Below are positions 61,019 through 64,000 of a stretch of DNA of 64,000 nt, piece by piece. Source of the DNA: an uncultured delta proteobacterium. GTDB taxonomy: Bacteria; Desulfobacterota; BSN033; UBA1163. A program made the translations under genes and the position numbers. The stretch covers positions 576,001 through 640,000 of the forward strand of contig CAVPSJ010000004.1 in assembly GCA_963708295.1 (NCBI GenBank), written 5' to 3'. The notes below the pieces were generated by a model that had not been told where the DNA came from, searched no databases, and was given only the letters and a program-made list of their open reading frames with translations. Within the stretch, counting starts at the first letter, position 1. Every line of letters starts with the position of its first letter.

Positions 61019-61729
61019 CTATTCTGGGGTCCAGAAGGGACCCGCCTTGCCCAACTTTTTTAACGATAAGAACAGTTCGGATGCGTATTCCTTCACTCGG
61101 GAGAGATAGTCCGGCTCTAGACGATTCCTGAGCAGGGGTCCGCTGAAGACTTGCGCCCAGTTGGATAACGGCATGATGGACTCAGCTGAGACGGAATCAT
61201 AAAGCGACCAATTTTTCACATGTTCTTCCGACCGGAAGAGGTTCATGCGGCTTCAAGCCAAACCCCAGGATACTTCTCCCGTCAAAATCTTGGCGAACGG
61301 GATATTCATGTGTCCCACGGTCGTCGTTGGATTGACTTCCAGGATATCCTCGTCCCGCATGCGGACGAGGATGGGTTGCCCACAATCCAGGCAACGGGTG
61401 TCGATACGGATCTCAGTACCAGGGAAAAGCCAGCGCACGGCCAGCACTTCGAGTCCTCACTGGCCGTACCACTTTTGGTCCCCCTTTATAGTCACAAGAT
61501 AATGGGTCGGTACATTAGAAAACGGCGCCCAGGACTCGACGTAATCTGTGTCTTTAACAAACCAGCAGGCTATGGAGGAGTCGGCTGCCTTATGCTGTAG
61601 CTGCCTGGCCTCTTCGGGTCGCAACCCGAGAGTTGCTGCAAGTTCGGTATAGTGCGGTGCCCGCCCAGTCTTCACAAAATGCTCCACAACAGCAGTGTAA
61701 GCTCGTTGCACCAATGTGGTTTCTTCCAT
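61019..61729 (-). CDS. MerB (organomercurial lyase)-like protein with two predicted selenocysteines (UGA at 61457-61459 and 61253-61255)
   Basis: AAGGAGG RBS and ATG 61729; three track ORFs form one frame: APFSNVPT..WYGQ-U-GLE..RCLDCGQPI..LA-U-SRMNLFRSEEH; hairpin after each UGA. Confidence 0.85.
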
Positions 61730-61968
61730 ATCATTTCCTCCTTTCTGGTGTTCACCTATCGCCACTCCTATTTGCAATATACACCCTATAGAGACTCTTT
61801 GGAAGTGAAAGTTTTCAGGAAGGAGAATTTGGCCACCTCCTCTCAAGGGGTTGCCTTAAGCCACGTTCCGCAATTTGGATACGGTAACTTTTTTATAGAT
61901 GGCCTAAATCCCTTTTAGGATTCTTATAATTTTATGGATGTCCCCCTTTGAAAGGTTTCTCCACTTCT

Positions 61969-62392
61969 TCAGGAAATATGTTCTAAGAATTCTACAGGAG
62001 TGACCATCCGGCAGGAAATTCCATTTTCTTTAAGGTCCTCCTGAGAAATGCTTAGAAGATCTTTGTCCCCGGTAATCAAAAAATCCGCTTTCGCCTCCTT
62101 GCAGAGTGAAAGATAATGGTCATCCTTCGCATCCCTTGATAAAACCACCTGGGTCGATACAGAAATACGCATCGATAGACTTAACAATTGTTGGATTCTT
62201 CTCCTGTACAAATAGAATTTGTTCTTTTGTAAGTTTTTTCGAAAGTGCTGAAATAACTTCTTGAAGCTCTCTTTCGATGGGTTGGGAGAGATAGAATTCA
62301 TGGTCCTCCAGGGCTCGAACGACTGCTTCGAGAGGCTTTCCCCCGAAAGCAGCTGAAATGATCACGTTGGCGTCAACGACAATCTTAGCCAT
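61969..62392 (-). pseudogene. PIN-domain toxin with a 1-nt frameshift near 62200
   Basis: IVVDANVIISA in one frame; RDAKDDHYL, LITGDKDLL in another. Confidence 0.8.
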
Positions 62393-62618
62393 AGATCTTC
62401 TTTCTGGCTCGGTCGAGTGCCTTCAGTGCCTCTTTCTTTGAAACCCCTGCTTCGCTTAGAACCCTTCCAATTTCCAAAAGGATGATCTCCGGGCTGTTCT
62501 TCTCGACAGGGGTAAGACGGGCAATGGGTCTTTTCCGCTTCATCACCACGATCTCATTCCCTTCGTTCAAATACTTCACGACACCCTCTTTGAATTCCCT
62601 GACACCCACGAATTTCAT
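62385..62618 (-). CDS. Phd/YefM-family antitoxin
   Basis: MKFVGVREFK..GNEIVVMKRKRPIARL; GGAGG RBS. Confidence 0.85.
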   Translation of the reverse strand: MKFVGVREFKEGVVKYLNEGNEIVVMKRKRPIARLTPVEKNSPEIILLEIGRVLSEAGVSKKEALKALDRARKKIYG

Positions 62619-62848
62619 CTCACTCACCTCCGGAAATAATGTTACCACAAATGTGGGAATAATACAAAGGGTCTCCGAAGGGATCAACCCCACGACTCAA
62701 GGACTGAATAATCAGCCGACGTTTCTCCCATCCCCCGACTTTGTTGTGTTTCCAAACTCAAGGATAAAGATTTGGCCCCATTTCGCTTACGCCCCCCTGT
62801 TCTATTCCATGGAAGTAAAAATAGATCAGTGGGGCAATTCTTCAATCG

Positions 62849-63544
62849 TTACTTGTCAATCAGCTCATTAAAATAATGTGGCACTTTGGCTTCAAAAGTC
62901 ATCTGCTCGCCGCTGGTGGGGTGTTTGAAGGAAATCGATTTGGAATGCAGCGCTAAACGCCTGTACCCATCCTTGGTTTTACCATATTTACGATCGCCTA
63001 CGATCGGATGCCCCTTATCAGCCATATGTACACGTATCTGATTCTTCCTGCCGGTCAAAAGATTAATCTCCAGCAGACTGAACTGCTTGGTCTCTTTAAG
63101 CACCTTATAAGCAGTATGTGCCAGTTTTCCTTTTGTGACATCCTTGGTGGAATAGACGACATAAGCCTTGTTCTCAGACAGGTATGAGGTAATCATTCCC
63201 TCTTTTTGGGCCAAGTGACCATAAACCACCGCAACATATTTCTTTTCCGTGCCTTTCCACTGAGCCTGCAAATGGAGCTTAGCTTCTTCGCTTTTTGCAA
63301 ATATCAGTACGCCGGATGCCCCCTGGTCCAGCCTATGAACAATGAAAATTCGGTTTCGAGACTTTAGACACCCTTTGCGCACATAATCGGTTAGAATGTA
63401 GTACGCTGTTTTCACCTTGTTAGTCTCCGTCCCCACTGTCAATAGCCCCGCAGGCTTATCTACCACCAGGATATCTCTATCTTCGTAGAGTATTTCTAAC
63501 CCTCTTGGCAGATATTTGCCGGGCGAATGTTTTTTCTTTAGCAT
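62849..63544 (-). CDS. RluA-family pseudouridine synthase
   Basis: VVDKPAGL, VHRLD, TGRKNQIRVH, GHPIVGDRKYG, LALH. Confidence 0.93.
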   Translation of the reverse strand: MLKKKHSPGKYLPRGLEILYEDRDILVVDKPAGLLTVGTETNKVKTAYYILTDYVRKGCLKSRNRIFIVHRLDQGASGVLIFAKSEEAKLHLQAQWKGTEKKYVAVVYGHLAQKEGMITSYLSENKAYVVYSTKDVTKGKLAHTAYKVLKETKQFSLLEINLLTGRKNQIRVHMADKGHPIVGDRKYGKTKDGYRRLALHSKSISFKHPTSGEQMTFEAKVPHYFNELIDK

Positions 63545-63872
63545 ACGGAGTACTCTTCTATCTTGTGCAGGTTTACTTGTGCAGTTTATAGCTTATTGCC
63601 ACATTGCTATGAGTCACTGAGAGTAGCCCGGCGTGGTAGTAGCTGATGAATATTGACCGGCGTTGTGAATGGAATAGGGGGGTTCTTCAATCGTTACATT
63701 TTCCAAGAACCCGTTTGAATAAACCCTGAGCATTTCGATCATCGCTCAGCCGATCCCTCAATTTCTTTCACTACTGGCTCACCGATCTGTCACCCACATT
63801 CAGCATATTCTTAAATGGCTAATCAACGATAAGGAATTAACCCATTGCCCCACCCTACACGCTGTTTTCCGG

Positions 63873-64000
63873 TTAACGCATCCTTTTAAAAACGGAGTAG
63901 GCCTCCATAAAAGTCGGAAATCCGGCGGTCTGTATTAAGAGAAGAAGTGCATGCTTAATCTCATCATTGGAAAGCCCAGATTCCTTTCCCTTCAGGATAT
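63873..64000 (-). CDS. C-terminus of a carboxymuconolactone decarboxylase-family protein (runs off the window)
   Basis: GLSNDEIKHALLLLIQTAGFPTFMEAY*. Confidence 0.65.
   Translation of the reverse strand, partial: ILKGKESGLSNDEIKHALLLLIQTAGFPTFMEAYSVFKRMR

Overview
Bacterial chromosomal window of about 45-50% GC. Gene content (Rex, CbcL-like and other multiheme cytochromes, DUF6178, Sec usage) suggests an anaerobic Desulfobacterota/deltaproteobacterium; this is an inference. It carries a Pho regulon island (phoR, phoB, a PHP-receiver-histidine kinase fusion, small Zn-finger/STAS/MBL genes, pstSCAB-phoU-arsC, pit), a LIV-type ABC transporter with aminotransferases and M20 hydrolases, a Rex-linked multiheme cytochrome locus, groESL, four PIN-type toxin-antitoxin loci and many MITE/REP-like repeats. 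The main hidden signal is that three genes split in the ORF track read through in-frame UGA codons at catalytic Cys positions, each followed by a SECIS-like hairpin. They are a MerB (organomercurial lyase)-like protein with two predicted selenocysteines (61019-61729, minus), a secreted UshA-like CGU protein fused to a tetraheme cytochrome c (40289-41881) and an AhpD-like CxxU protein (12690-13292). A few single-base frameshifts suggest either pseudogenes or assembly indels. All family calls come from motif recognition by eye, not database searches.
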